Positions 54,773-63,733 of a stretch of 64,000 nt of DNA are shown piece by piece. Numbering within the stretch: the stretch's first letter is position 1; every line of letters begins with the position of its first letter. Below the pieces are notes generated by a model that ran no database searches, was not told where the DNA came from, and was given only the letters and a program-made list of their open reading frames with translations. The position numbers and the translations under genes were made by a program. Origin of the DNA: an uncultured bacterium (GTDB lineage Bacteria > Chlamydiota > Chlamydiia > Chlamydiales > Rhabdochlamydiaceae); NCBI GenBank assembly GCA_964571465.1, contig CAZNAR010000004.1, forward strand, positions 20,942 through 84,941, written 5' to 3'.

Positions 54773-55197
54773 ACTTTTCCTTTAATCACTGTTCGGAGCT
54801 GGTCTGCTGTTGCATACTCTGCATGCATGATGTAAGAATCATCCGCCTGCTTCTCATAGGTCTCAAACCCTTCAAACCCGATCTGAGGCACGCGAAATTC
54901 CCAGGCAATCATTTGATCGGTAATCAGCCCTTTACCAATGACTTTTCCAATCGATGGATTATCCAACTCGAGTGAAAATGTGCCAGGGACAAAATCGAAA
55001 AAGGAGAGCTGGTTGTGCATCATTTCAGAAAGGCCTTTCACCTGAATTTGCTGAACACACTCGATCTTTCCATCTTGGTCTTTTTGCGTGATATTCCACT
55101 TGGTATAAAAAGGAAGCTCTTCTTCAACCATATTAAGTTGAATCTTTCCTTCCCCTAACCAAACACTCGGATTAAAAATAAAATTATGTTTATTCAT
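54745..55197 (-). CDS. Hypothetical protein (beta-rich, possibly lipocalin-like)
   Basis: 150-aa ORF abutting the rodA stop. No motif was confidently recognised. Confidence 0.5.
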   Translation of the reverse strand: MNKHNFIFNPSVWLGEGKIQLNMVEEELPFYTKWNITQKDQDGKIECVQQIQVKGLSEMMHNQLSFFDFVPGTFSLELDNPSIGKVIGKGLITDQMIAWEFRVPQIGFEGFETYEKQADDSYIMHAEYATADQLRTVIKGKVWQETSSKK

Positions 55198-56319
55198 TTA
55201 GAACATGAACCTTCTACTATAAATACTCTGTAAAATCCCCAGAGCCATCATCGATGATACCACAGATGACCCCCCATAGGTTATTAATATCAGAGGCACC
55301 CCTGTGATGGGCAGGAACCCTACCATCATCCCAATATTAACAATCACATGCATCGCCAGGTAGACCGTGATCCCAGCCGATAACAAGCGGCCAAACGTGT
55401 CCTTAGCACTAGCTGTAACTTGAAAACTAAAATAAATCAAACCGAAAAAGAAAAGGAGCAGTAAAAAAACTCCTATTAGTCCAAATTCTTCGGCATAAGC
55501 CGCAAAGACTGAGTCGGTATGGGCAGCCGGCAGCCACTGCCGGCCCGAAAAGTCGCTTTGGAGCCAGCCACTCCCTGTGACCCCTCCCAACCCAATGGCC
55601 GTTTGAGCTGCCCTTTGATGATAGGTATTCGGGTTGAGCCGCTCATACTGATAATCTTTCAAAAATTTAGTTGCAAAAGGACGCATCTCCTCATGCGATA
55701 AAACGCCTGTAAAAGTGAGCGCCACAAAAGTAAAGCAGACTGCTCCCAGCACAAACATCGTGCGGACCACGACCCTATGGATCCCTCCTAAATAAAACAT
55801 CACAAGAGCGATCGGATAGAGGACGAGTGCCGTTCCTAAATCAGGTTGTTTCAGAATCAGCACAAACGGAATAAAGACAATGAGAAGCGCCTGAAAAGCT
55901 GTTCTAAGACTTCCCGTATTCCGTCCTTTCAACTCTAAAAAAGCACTGAGTGCCACGACCATGGTGAGCTTGGCATATTCAGATGGTTGAAATGCCCGTC
56001 CTAAAAATGGAATCCGATACCATCTCTGCACATTTTGAATCGGTGTCGTGAAAAAAAGACCGATCAAGAGAAGGATCACTGCAACATAAAGAACCCAAGA
56101 CCACGAGCGAAGTTTGCGATAATCCATTCCCACAAAGAATGAAAAGATCAGCCATCCCACCATGAACCACTGGATTTGTGATTTAGCATCGTCGCTTAAG
56201 AGAGAATCGCCACCGGTACTTGTCATGGAGGCAATCACAAGAACACTGATCCACATGAGCGCCACGATCAGTGGCACAACTCTTAAGTCAATTCTCGATA
56301 AATACCGGTAATCCCACAT
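55198..56319 (-). CDS. rodA: SEDS-family peptidoglycan polymerase RodA
   Basis: QPSEYAKL, LPAAHTDSVFAAYAEEFGLIG and PITGVPLILITYGGSS, with about 10 TMs. Confidence 0.9.
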   Translation of the reverse strand: MWDYRYLSRIDLRVVPLIVALMWISVLVIASMTSTGGDSLLSDDAKSQIQWFMVGWLIFSFFVGMDYRKLRSWSWVLYVAVILLLIGLFFTTPIQNVQRWYRIPFLGRAFQPSEYAKLTMVVALSAFLELKGRNTGSLRTAFQALLIVFIPFVLILKQPDLGTALVLYPIALVMFYLGGIHRVVVRTMFVLGAVCFTFVALTFTGVLSHEEMRPFATKFLKDYQYERLNPNTYHQRAAQTAIGLGGVTGSGWLQSDFSGRQWLPAAHTDSVFAAYAEEFGLIGVFLLLLFFFGLIYFSFQVTASAKDTFGRLLSAGITVYLAMHVIVNIGMMVGFLPITGVPLILITYGGSSVVSSMMALGILQSIYSRRFMF

Positions 56320-56359
56320 ATTCTTTTGGAGAATACTTCAATTGGAATATTATAGGGTG

Positions 56360-57085
56360 ATGAAAATTGATTTTATTCAATTAGAAACCACCCCTTCCAC
56401 GAACACCTGGGCTAAAGAAAATCATTCCCGCTTCAATCCCTCTCATTTGACCTGTATCACCGCCAGGGAGCAAACAGGGGGGCGAGGGAGACAACAAAAA
56501 AAGTGGCTCTCCCCGAAAGACAGTAATCTCTACACAACTCTTTATTTTGTTGTCCCAGAAAATGCCCCCTATCTCTCAAACCTTGGCCAGATCATGGCTC
56601 TTACCTGTGCCGAACTCTTGATTAAAATGAATCTTCCCGCCCAATTGAAATGGCCGAATGATCTCCTTCTTGAGAAAAAAAAGGTCGGTGGTGTTCTGAC
56701 AGAAACAGTGGCGTTAAAACATTCTGTTGGAGTCGTGCTCGGCCTCGGTCTCAATGTCAATATGCCAGAATCGATTTTACAAACGATTGATCAACCAGCC
56801 ACTTCCCTCCATTTCTTTTTAAGCCAACCCATTCCTTCTCGCTCTCTTTTACAACCCCTCTTGAATCACTTTATCTCCTCTCTGATCGAATTACAAAAAC
56901 AAGGTTTTGCTCCTTTTCAAAAACGGTTCAATGAACTTCTATTTGGCAGAGGAAAAGAGTTGACTGTGCAACTCCCCCATAAGAAACTTCAAGGGATTTG
57001 CGATTCCATCACAACAGAAGGGTATTTAAAACTACGCCTTCCATCGGGAGAGTTTGTCGAAATATCAGCAGGAGAAATTGTATGA
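56360..57085 (+). CDS. birA: Biotin-[acetyl-CoA-carboxylase] ligase (class I, no HTH domain)
   Basis: TPSTNTWAKE, GGRGRQQKKWLSP and KWPNDLLL..KKVGGVL. The start is the ATG at 56360; the alternative is the TTG at 56342. Confidence 0.85.
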   Translation: MKIDFIQLETTPSTNTWAKENHSRFNPSHLTCITAREQTGGRGRQQKKWLSPKDSNLYTTLYFVVPENAPYLSNLGQIMALTCAELLIKMNLPAQLKWPNDLLLEKKKVGGVLTETVALKHSVGVVLGLGLNVNMPESILQTIDQPATSLHFFLSQPIPSRSLLQPLLNHFISSLIELQKQGFAPFQKRFNELLFGRGKELTVQLPHKKLQGICDSITTEGYLKLRLPSGEFVEISAGEIV

Positions 57086-59067
57086 AGCATTTCATCTACC
57101 TTCTACTTTTACCCTTTCTTTTGTTTGCAGAAACTAAACATCCCTCTTTTTCTACAGGACAACCGCCGCCTTGGGTGATTGCTGTCCCTTATGAACTTGC
57201 GCCGGCAACCGTCAAACCTTCCCAAGTCAATCTGCAATATCTTCTGATGGATACCCAGAAACACTGGGAAGAAAAAACATCGTTTAGACGACTTGCGATC
57301 AAACCTCTTACACAAGCAGGTGTTGAAGAGGTTTCTCACTTAAAACTCCTTTTCAACCCGGCCTTCAGCCATATTTGTGTCCATTCGATCCGCGTTTATC
57401 GAAATGGTGTGTGGCAAGATCGTCTCTCCACTGCAAGACAACATATCCTGCAGAGAGAAAATAATTTGGAAATGCAAATTTATAGTGGACTCCTAACACT
57501 TGTCTATTTTATCAATGACATCCGCGTCGGCGATGTGGTGGAATATCAATACTCCTACATCGGTGGAAATCCTCTCCTAACAACATATCTCGATGATGTC
57601 GTTTATCTTGAAGATAGTGCGTCGATCGAAAAAATTTCGTACCGCCTCCTGGTCAACCCCGCTCTTAATTTAGAAGTCAAAACCACTCTAACAACCCTCG
57701 TTCCTTCCATCCAAGAACTCTCTCCAGACTTAATGGAATGGACAATTACGGCCACTGAAACAGAAGCAAGACCCTGGGAACCGAATCAACCAGCAGCTAC
57801 TAATCCGTGTGCACGGATTCAAATTAACGAATACCAATCTTGGAAACTCGTCATTGACCAACTGAAGCCTCTCGTCATTTTGCCAGACAATTTTATGGAC
57901 GACCCTTCTGAGGAAATTCTTCTTCTTCTCAGCGAATGGATCTCCTTTGATCCGTATGAGCGAGCGCGCCTAGCCACACGGTTTGTCCAAAATGAAATTC
58001 ATTATTTAAGCCTCTCCGATGGGATTTCAGCTCTCAAACCCGAAGACCCTACTATCTGTTTTACGCGCCGTTTTGGAGACTGCAAAGATAAAACATTACT
58101 TCTGCATGGACTGCTCAAACTAATGGGAATTCCATCGACTCCTATTCTCGTGAATAGTTCTAAAGGAGCTGCACTTCCCTCGTTCCTTCCTAGCCCTCAT
58201 CTCTTCAATCACATGATTCTACGGATTGAACTGAATGGAGAACCGATTTTTGTCGATCCTACAATTACACTCCAAGGAGGACCGATCACTGCCAACTATT
58301 GCCCTCGTTATTTTTACGGCCTCCCTCTTTCAGAAGAGAGTTCACATTTGATCGCGCTCCCTGAAGCTATCTTGCTCCATCCTGTGGAGATTGAGACAAA
58401 AATAGAGCTTAAAAATGACGGGCTGCTCGAAATGAACGTCGAAACGCACTACTATGGCAAAGAAGCTGAAACGATGCGTCGTAAACTTGCTTATCAGGGC
58501 TTAAGAAAGCTCTCCGACTCCCATTTACTCTACACGCAACAACTCTATCGAGGAGCCACTTCAGTCAAACCACTCAAAGTTTCTGACGATTCCAAACAGA
58601 ACCTCTTTTCAACCGTTGAAACCTATCAAATCCCACTCCGCTCCAAAAAAGTGAATAGACTCTTATATATCCAATCCCAGCTACTGAAAGATTGCCTTGA
58701 GACAGATATCAATCCCGATCGAAAAACTCCTTATGTCGTCACCTATCCTCTCTGGATCAAAGAACATATCCACGTTAATCATCTCAGTTTGCAAGAGAGC
58801 CCTGCGAGTGAAGAGATAAACTTTGATCATGAATGTTTTCTCTACCGCTCTTCCTACAAAAGAAGCGCTACAGATGCCAACTTTAACTTTGAAATCAATT
58901 TCAAAAAAGACCACATCCTTCCCAATGAAATCCCGAGCTTCAATGAGATTATGTCAGAGATCGAATCGCTGACCGACCTGGAAGTTTCCTTTAATTTTTC
59001 AGATAGGAAAGGTCAGGAATCACCTGAATTGCAGGAAAGACTTTCGACTGCAAGATATTCTGAATAG
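57082..59067 (+). CDS. Secreted DUF3857-like plus transglutaminase-like cysteine protease domain protein
   Basis: The ATG at 57082 forms an ATGA overlap with the birA stop. There is a signal peptide (MKHFIYLLLLPFLLFA). The transglutaminase core is RRFGDCKDKTLLLHGLL (Cys) plus FNHMILRIELNGEPIFVDPT (His/Asp). Confidence 0.7.
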   Translation: MKHFIYLLLLPFLLFAETKHPSFSTGQPPPWVIAVPYELAPATVKPSQVNLQYLLMDTQKHWEEKTSFRRLAIKPLTQAGVEEVSHLKLLFNPAFSHICVHSIRVYRNGVWQDRLSTARQHILQRENNLEMQIYSGLLTLVYFINDIRVGDVVEYQYSYIGGNPLLTTYLDDVVYLEDSASIEKISYRLLVNPALNLEVKTTLTTLVPSIQELSPDLMEWTITATETEARPWEPNQPAATNPCARIQINEYQSWKLVIDQLKPLVILPDNFMDDPSEEILLLLSEWISFDPYERARLATRFVQNEIHYLSLSDGISALKPEDPTICFTRRFGDCKDKTLLLHGLLKLMGIPSTPILVNSSKGAALPSFLPSPHLFNHMILRIELNGEPIFVDPTITLQGGPITANYCPRYFYGLPLSEESSHLIALPEAILLHPVEIETKIELKNDGLLEMNVETHYYGKEAETMRRKLAYQGLRKLSDSHLLYTQQLYRGATSVKPLKVSDDSKQNLFSTVETYQIPLRSKKVNRLLYIQSQLLKDCLETDINPDRKTPYVVTYPLWIKEHIHVNHLSLQESPASEEINFDHECFLYRSSYKRSATDANFNFEINFKKDHILPNEIPSFNEIMSEIESLTDLEVSFNFSDRKGQESPELQERLSTARYSE

Positions 59068-59746
59068 CAGAGAGCGTCGACCCTGTCGCCGAATGACACG
59101 ATGTGCACGATCCTTGATAGGCAATTGTGAGTTCATGCCGATCCGAAAGGTCGATGATTTGAATCCCACCTGCGTCGAGTTCAATGTAGGGACGAATTTC
59201 TGTTTGAATCACTTGCTCAATAATGGAGAGTTTTTCCTTCAGAGAAAGTTCCTCCCATCCTTCAATTGCCGTACCACTCACCATTTCTGGAGTCAGTGGA
59301 GAGATCAGTTCCGTTTCATCAATCGGAATATCCATACATTGCTCAGCTGCTTGTTCAATCGTCTCAAGAATCAAATTCAAATAGCCGTAAAATTGAATCG
59401 GAAACGCCTCTTGATTCGGAGCATCTCTCACTTCTCGATCAATCAAATCGGCACTGACTCTGCGTGCCTGATCGTAATTTTTCCGAAGCAAAAGATGACA
59501 CGCAGCCTCTAACGCTCCTATAAGAGCCGAAGGACCAATCATCTGGTATCGAATATCGGCAATTACTCCATCCGTCTCATCGACGAGCCAATAAAGGGCA
59601 ATCGAGTCTTGCCTTCCGATCACCAATCTTAAGCCCCGTCCCTCCACATCTTCAGGTTTAAAAAAACCGACAAATTGGGGCTGATCGATTTTCAGACTGA
59701 GCTTTTTTCCATAGAAATACCAGGGGTAAGGTCGATAAAACGTCAT
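58991..59746 (-). CDS. NifU-like protein: Cys-less IscU-like N-domain plus an intact Nfu-type C-domain
   Basis: The C-terminus IRPYIELDAGGIQIIDL....GSCTSCHSA is the Nfu CxxC domain. The N-terminal domain aligns to IscU, but the three ligand Cys positions are substituted. Confidence 0.75.
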   Translation of the reverse strand: MTFYRPYPWYFYGKKLSLKIDQPQFVGFFKPEDVEGRGLRLVIGRQDSIALYWLVDETDGVIADIRYQMIGPSALIGALEAACHLLLRKNYDQARRVSADLIDREVRDAPNQEAFPIQFYGYLNLILETIEQAAEQCMDIPIDETELISPLTPEMVSGTAIEGWEELSLKEKLSIIEQVIQTEIRPYIELDAGGIQIIDLSDRHELTIAYQGSCTSCHSATGSTLSAIQNILQSKVFPAIQVIPDLSYLKN

Positions 59747-60825
59747 AAAGCAACACTCATTTTTCTAAGGTTTCGCACCGCTTTTACAAGAACGTCCAGC
59801 ACATGGGCGAGCTGATCTTCCTCTATTCCTTCATGCAAAGCAAAGCTAATCGCACCTTCATCGCTTTTTCCACATTTCTCTTGCAGTGCCGTCAGTGTTT
59901 GAAACTGGCCTCCTCCAATGGATGCATCGATTTTCTCTCGGTAGAGTGCATAGAGAAGCGCTTCATTCATGAGATCAGGAAATGAGAGAGCAAAGATATG
60001 AGGGACTCTTAAAGCCTCCCCACCAACCACCTGGCAATCTGGAATCACCCGCACTATTTCTGCCTCGAACTCAGCTCTCAATCTCGCTGTCTCCATTGCA
60101 AAAGCTTCTTGCTTTTCAGTCACTTCTTTGAGCGCTCTGGCCAACGGAATGATTCCAAAGGTACTCTCTTTGATCGATTCGCGTGAGAAAAGCCCACCGA
60201 GCCCTTGCGGCGTTCCAATTTTGTCTCCATCGAATGAAAGATAGTCGACCTTCCACTCTTGCAGTGAAACGCCCCACGTTCCAATTGCATGGGAGGCATT
60301 CACATGCACCTTCACCCCTTTGGCGTGGCAGATTTCCACAATTTCTGGAATCGGCTGCAAGACACCTGTCATCGCTGAAACAGCAGAGATCGAAAGAAGG
60401 GATGTTTTGACCTTAATTGACTCTTCCAAAGCTTTCAACTCGATGCGTCCCTCAGAATCGACCGGTAAAAGTTTTATCCCACATCCCATCATCTCCATCC
60501 GGTCGAGCATTTTCAAAATTGGCGCTTCATCAGTCACACATGACAGAAAATGGTTACGACCCGAATGCCGAACTTCTTCCAAATAAAAATGGAGGAAAAG
60601 ATGTTGCATCGCATGAAAACCACCTGGGGTCACCTGAAAACGGTACCCATCGGCCTCGAAGCATTTCAAAACGATTGCCATTGCTTCATCCACGTCAGGA
60701 TACATTCCAATCCCTGAATGGTGAGGCGTATCAAGAAGGCCCCATTTTTCTTCCAAAGCCTTCAGAACACTTTTACGCGGTTTTGTAATCACATGCGAAT
60801 CAAGATGGATCATCGACGCTTCCAA
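59743..60825 (-). CDS. Class V aminotransferase / NifS-IscS-like protein (active-site Cys loop not conserved)
   Basis: HVNASHAIG..VDYLSFDGDKIGTPQGLGGLF aligns with IscS HVDATQ..SFSGHKIYGPKGIGALY, and the PLP Lys is kept. The SSGSAC loop is replaced by ASIGGGQ. Confidence 0.75.
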   Translation of the reverse strand: MEASMIHLDSHVITKPRKSVLKALEEKWGLLDTPHHSGIGMYPDVDEAMAIVLKCFEADGYRFQVTPGGFHAMQHLFLHFYLEEVRHSGRNHFLSCVTDEAPILKMLDRMEMMGCGIKLLPVDSEGRIELKALEESIKVKTSLLSISAVSAMTGVLQPIPEIVEICHAKGVKVHVNASHAIGTWGVSLQEWKVDYLSFDGDKIGTPQGLGGLFSRESIKESTFGIIPLARALKEVTEKQEAFAMETARLRAEFEAEIVRVIPDCQVVGGEALRVPHIFALSFPDLMNEALLYALYREKIDASIGGGQFQTLTALQEKCGKSDEGAISFALHEGIEEDQLAHVLDVLVKAVRNLRKMSVAL

Positions 60826-61490
60826 ACTCCCTGATCAAATGTATAAATCCACGGAGCACCTGTCGGAACTTCAAGGCTAACCACTTGTTCAGGCGACAGT
60901 TTATCGAGCATCATGACAATGGAGCGGAGAGAATTTCCATGCGCCGCAATAAAGACATTTTTCCCCTCTTCTAAAAACGGCAAGATTTCCTCTTTAAAGT
61001 AAGGAAGCGTTCTTTCACTTGTCATCTTCAAACTTTCTCCACCGGGAGGTGCCACATCAAAACTCCGTCTCCATTGTTGAACTTGATCTGCCCCAAACTT
61101 TTGACGCATCTCATCTTTGTTCATTCCTTGAAGTTCCCCATACATCCGCTCATTAAGTTGCCACGCACATCGGACAGGAACCATCCCTCTACGGGTCTCT
61201 TCGCTATGAATCGTGGCCCACTCCTCTAAATCTCCCTCACCTGGATGCAAAATAAACGGAACTTTAGGATGGTTTAACATCGCCAGCATCGCTGTCATCT
61301 GAGCCCGTATGAGGGTCGAGGTAAAAATAATATCGATCTCCATTTTTGAGACAATTTCGCCTGCTTTGATCGATTCTTGGACCCCTTTTGCGCTTAAAGG
61401 GATATCAACCCACCCTGTAAATATATTCTTGTCATTCCAAACAGACGCCCCATGTCTTAGTAAAATTAGAGTTCCCATGCTTCTTGTCAT
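60810..61490 (-). CDS. gpmA: 2,3-bisphosphoglycerate-dependent phosphoglycerate mutase
   Basis: LILLRHGASVWNDKNIFTGWVDIPLSAKG and AAHGNSLR. The start is chosen at the ATG at 61490 (or 61478). The ORF track's longer N-terminus overlaps the divergent rluB gene. Confidence 0.9.
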   Translation of the reverse strand: MTRSMGTLILLRHGASVWNDKNIFTGWVDIPLSAKGVQESIKAGEIVSKMEIDIIFTSTLIRAQMTAMLAMLNHPKVPFILHPGEGDLEEWATIHSEETRRGMVPVRCAWQLNERMYGELQGMNKDEMRQKFGADQVQQWRRSFDVAPPGGESLKMTSERTLPYFKEEILPFLEEGKNVFIAAHGNSLRSIVMMLDKLSPEQVVSLEVPTGAPWIYTFDQGVWKRR

Positions 61491-61527
61491 TGTGCACCAT
61501 CCAACTTTGTGATACCATTGTACCCGT

Positions 61528-62244
61528 ATGAAACGCTTGAGTAAAGCCCTAGCAGCAGCCGGAGTCGCATCTCGCAGAGCCTGTGAAGAATTAATTTTTG
61601 ATGGGAAGGTCACCGTTAACGGAAAAATCGTCCTCCTCCCACAAACCCTCGTGTCCTGGGAAAACGACGACATCACCGTCGATGGCGAGCCCCTCAAACG
61701 TGAACAGGAAAAAGTTTACTATATGCTCAACAAACCGAAAGGGTATGTCTGCAGCAGCGCCCCACTAGGATCCAAGAAATTAGTTGTCGATCTCTTTGCC
61801 CACCTACCTTACCGCCTCTACACCGTCGGCCGTCTCGATCGCGACACCACAGGCCTACTGATCGTCACCAATGACGGCCACTTTGCCCAAAACATCATCC
61901 ATCCTTCCAAAGGGCAAACGAAAGAATATCTCATCAAAACGACCCAAGAAATCACCCACGAACACCTCGTCTCGATCTCCAAGGGTGGCCTCGTTGAAAA
62001 TACCTGGGTGAAACCTGCCAACGTGAAAAAAGTCCGTCGTGGAACGCTCACCATCAGCGTCCACGAAGGAAAAAAACGGGAAGTCCGCCTCCTTGTTCAG
62101 AAAGCAGGCCTTGATATCGTCTCCCTCCACCGGATACGCATAGGTGCCCTTGTTCTTGGAAACCTCGAAGTCGGCGAATTCCGCCCTCTCACCGAAAAAG
62201 AGAAAGATATCCTTCTAAAAAGAGAAAGACCCTCGAAGAAGTAA
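61528..62244 (+). CDS. rluB: 23S/16S rRNA pseudouridine synthase, RsuA/RluB family
   Basis: N-terminal S4 domain (RLSKALAAAGVASRRACEELIFDGKVTVNG) and catalytic GRLDRDTTGLLIVTNDG. Confidence 0.85.
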   Translation: MKRLSKALAAAGVASRRACEELIFDGKVTVNGKIVLLPQTLVSWENDDITVDGEPLKREQEKVYYMLNKPKGYVCSSAPLGSKKLVVDLFAHLPYRLYTVGRLDRDTTGLLIVTNDGHFAQNIIHPSKGQTKEYLIKTTQEITHEHLVSISKGGLVENTWVKPANVKKVRRGTLTISVHEGKKREVRLLVQKAGLDIVSLHRIRIGALVLGNLEVGEFRPLTEKEKDILLKRERPSKK

Positions 62245-62276
62245 CTCAGGGCGATAGTGCTCAATATCAATTTCAT

Positions 62277-62312
62277 AAAAAAAAATCCCGCACTCGAGAT
62301 CGAGCACGGGAT
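62277..62312 (-). terminator. Hairpin terminator between convergent genes (T-run on the minus strand)
   Basis: ATCCCG-CA-CTCGA-GA-TCGAG-CA-CGGGAT is an interrupted palindrome. On the plus strand it is preceded by A9, which gives U9 after the hairpin for the minus-strand transcript of gene 62320..63273. Confidence 0.6.
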
Positions 62313-62319
62313 GTAGACT

Positions 62320-63273
62320 TTATTTTGCTTCAATGCCTTTAGGGGCTTCTGCCCAAAGCTTCCAGACACCATTTCCTTCTGATGAAACTTTCAGAACACT
62401 TCTGTCTCCAATATCTGGAGCCGCAAATCTCTGAATCGACCCATCATAGGAAGTGAAAACAACCTGACCAATCTCTTCATGTTCAGCTGGCTTCAAAAGG
62501 AAATCATCTTTCCAATTCATCTCATACGACTCTGTACGCTTTTTTTCATACGACTTGTATTGCCATGATGTATAGTCCACACGAATCCGGACTTTTCCTA
62601 TATCGCTGCCCGATTTGCAATAAAGACCGATCTTCAACGTAATCTTATCAGGAGTAACTGAGACGATTTCTTGTTTATGATCACCATGTACATGCTCCAC
62701 GATTAAGTTAGCACCTTTGCTAATGTCAACAGACCAACCTGGCTCAGGGAAAATATCTTGATAAATCGTATGCCAATGTTCGGGATACCAATTGTTTCCA
62801 TCGTAGAAGTAAGTGGGTGACGAAGCCGCTTTTGTCACACGCTCGGACCCCTTATCCACATACTCTGCAACTGCAGTACCTGCGATTCGAGGAAGAGCAC
62901 CCAGTCCCACTTGATATTCAAACTGAGTTTTGTGAGACCAAATCCAGCCGTCATCCCATGGAGTTACAAGTTTACCCACGACATAAGAATAACGAGCCTT
63001 ATCCGCTTCACTAAAAATACTTCCGGGCACTTCAAAGGTGATTTCCTGTGTTGTTTTGTTGAAAATAACACAAGGTTTACCAGCAAAAGTTAAACTAGGA
63101 TCAAATCCTGGCTTTGCAGAATCTGGAAAATTCCCACGGAAAACCACCCGAGAGACCTTTTCCAAATCTCCCACTACCAAATAACGAGGGGAGACCTTGG
63201 ACAATTGGGGTTGTTTTGAAGTAAACGGAAGTGTATTCACAATTTGTTGAGCCTCGAGTTTGAGATCTTGCAT
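62320..63273 (-). CDS. Hypothetical beta-rich protein (probably the C-terminal part of a longer frameshifted gene)
   Basis: 317-aa ORF from the first ATG. The same frame stays open upstream to 63441 without any start codon. See the finding on the frameshift. Confidence 0.6.
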   Translation of the reverse strand: MQDLKLEAQQIVNTLPFTSKQPQLSKVSPRYLVVGDLEKVSRVVFRGNFPDSAKPGFDPSLTFAGKPCVIFNKTTQEITFEVPGSIFSEADKARYSYVVGKLVTPWDDGWIWSHKTQFEYQVGLGALPRIAGTAVAEYVDKGSERVTKAASSPTYFYDGNNWYPEHWHTIYQDIFPEPGWSVDISKGANLIVEHVHGDHKQEIVSVTPDKITLKIGLYCKSGSDIGKVRIRVDYTSWQYKSYEKKRTESYEMNWKDDFLLKPAEHEEIGQVVFTSYDGSIQRFAAPDIGDRSVLKVSSEGNGVWKLWAEAPKGIEAK

Positions 63274-63407
63274 CTCATCGCTGATTCTCTTCTGATATTT
63301 CTGAACCGCACTATCTATGCGATCAAATGTCTGTTTTGCTGCTTTGCTAACTTTATCTATTGTGTAGTCTAACTCTTGATGATACGCATTTTTAGCGTTT
63401 TCAATCG

Positions 63408-63560
63408 CTAATCCCAGCTCCTTTCCTGCTTCAACTCTAGCTCAATTCCAGCGTTTCTCGCCTCACCCACAGCCTGTTGGATGGTATCGTTGACTTGATC
63501 AAACAGCCCCCCAAGGAGCACCTTGAAGGTTGCAGTCGATACGGTTGTCGTTGTACTCAT
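63408..63560 (-). pseudogene. 50-codon N-terminal fragment, out of frame with ORF 62320..63441
   Basis: The ATG at 63560 gives MSTTTTVSTATFKVLLGGLFDQVNDTIQQAVGEARNAGIELELKQERSWD*. The two open frames overlap over 63408..63441. One indel there would create a single ~410-aa protein. Confidence 0.4.
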
Positions 63561-63733
63561 AAAAACCTCGTTTTAAGATTTTCTAAGCCTCTCCCATTGC
63601 ACTGTGTGCAATGTCGACTATCAAATCTACTCCTTAATAAAAAATTTATACTAGAAAAAAAGAGAGACTTACAAAAACTCTAGTAATCTGTTAAGATAAA
63701 ACCATCTTGCTCATGATGGGCGAGGAGGTTAAT

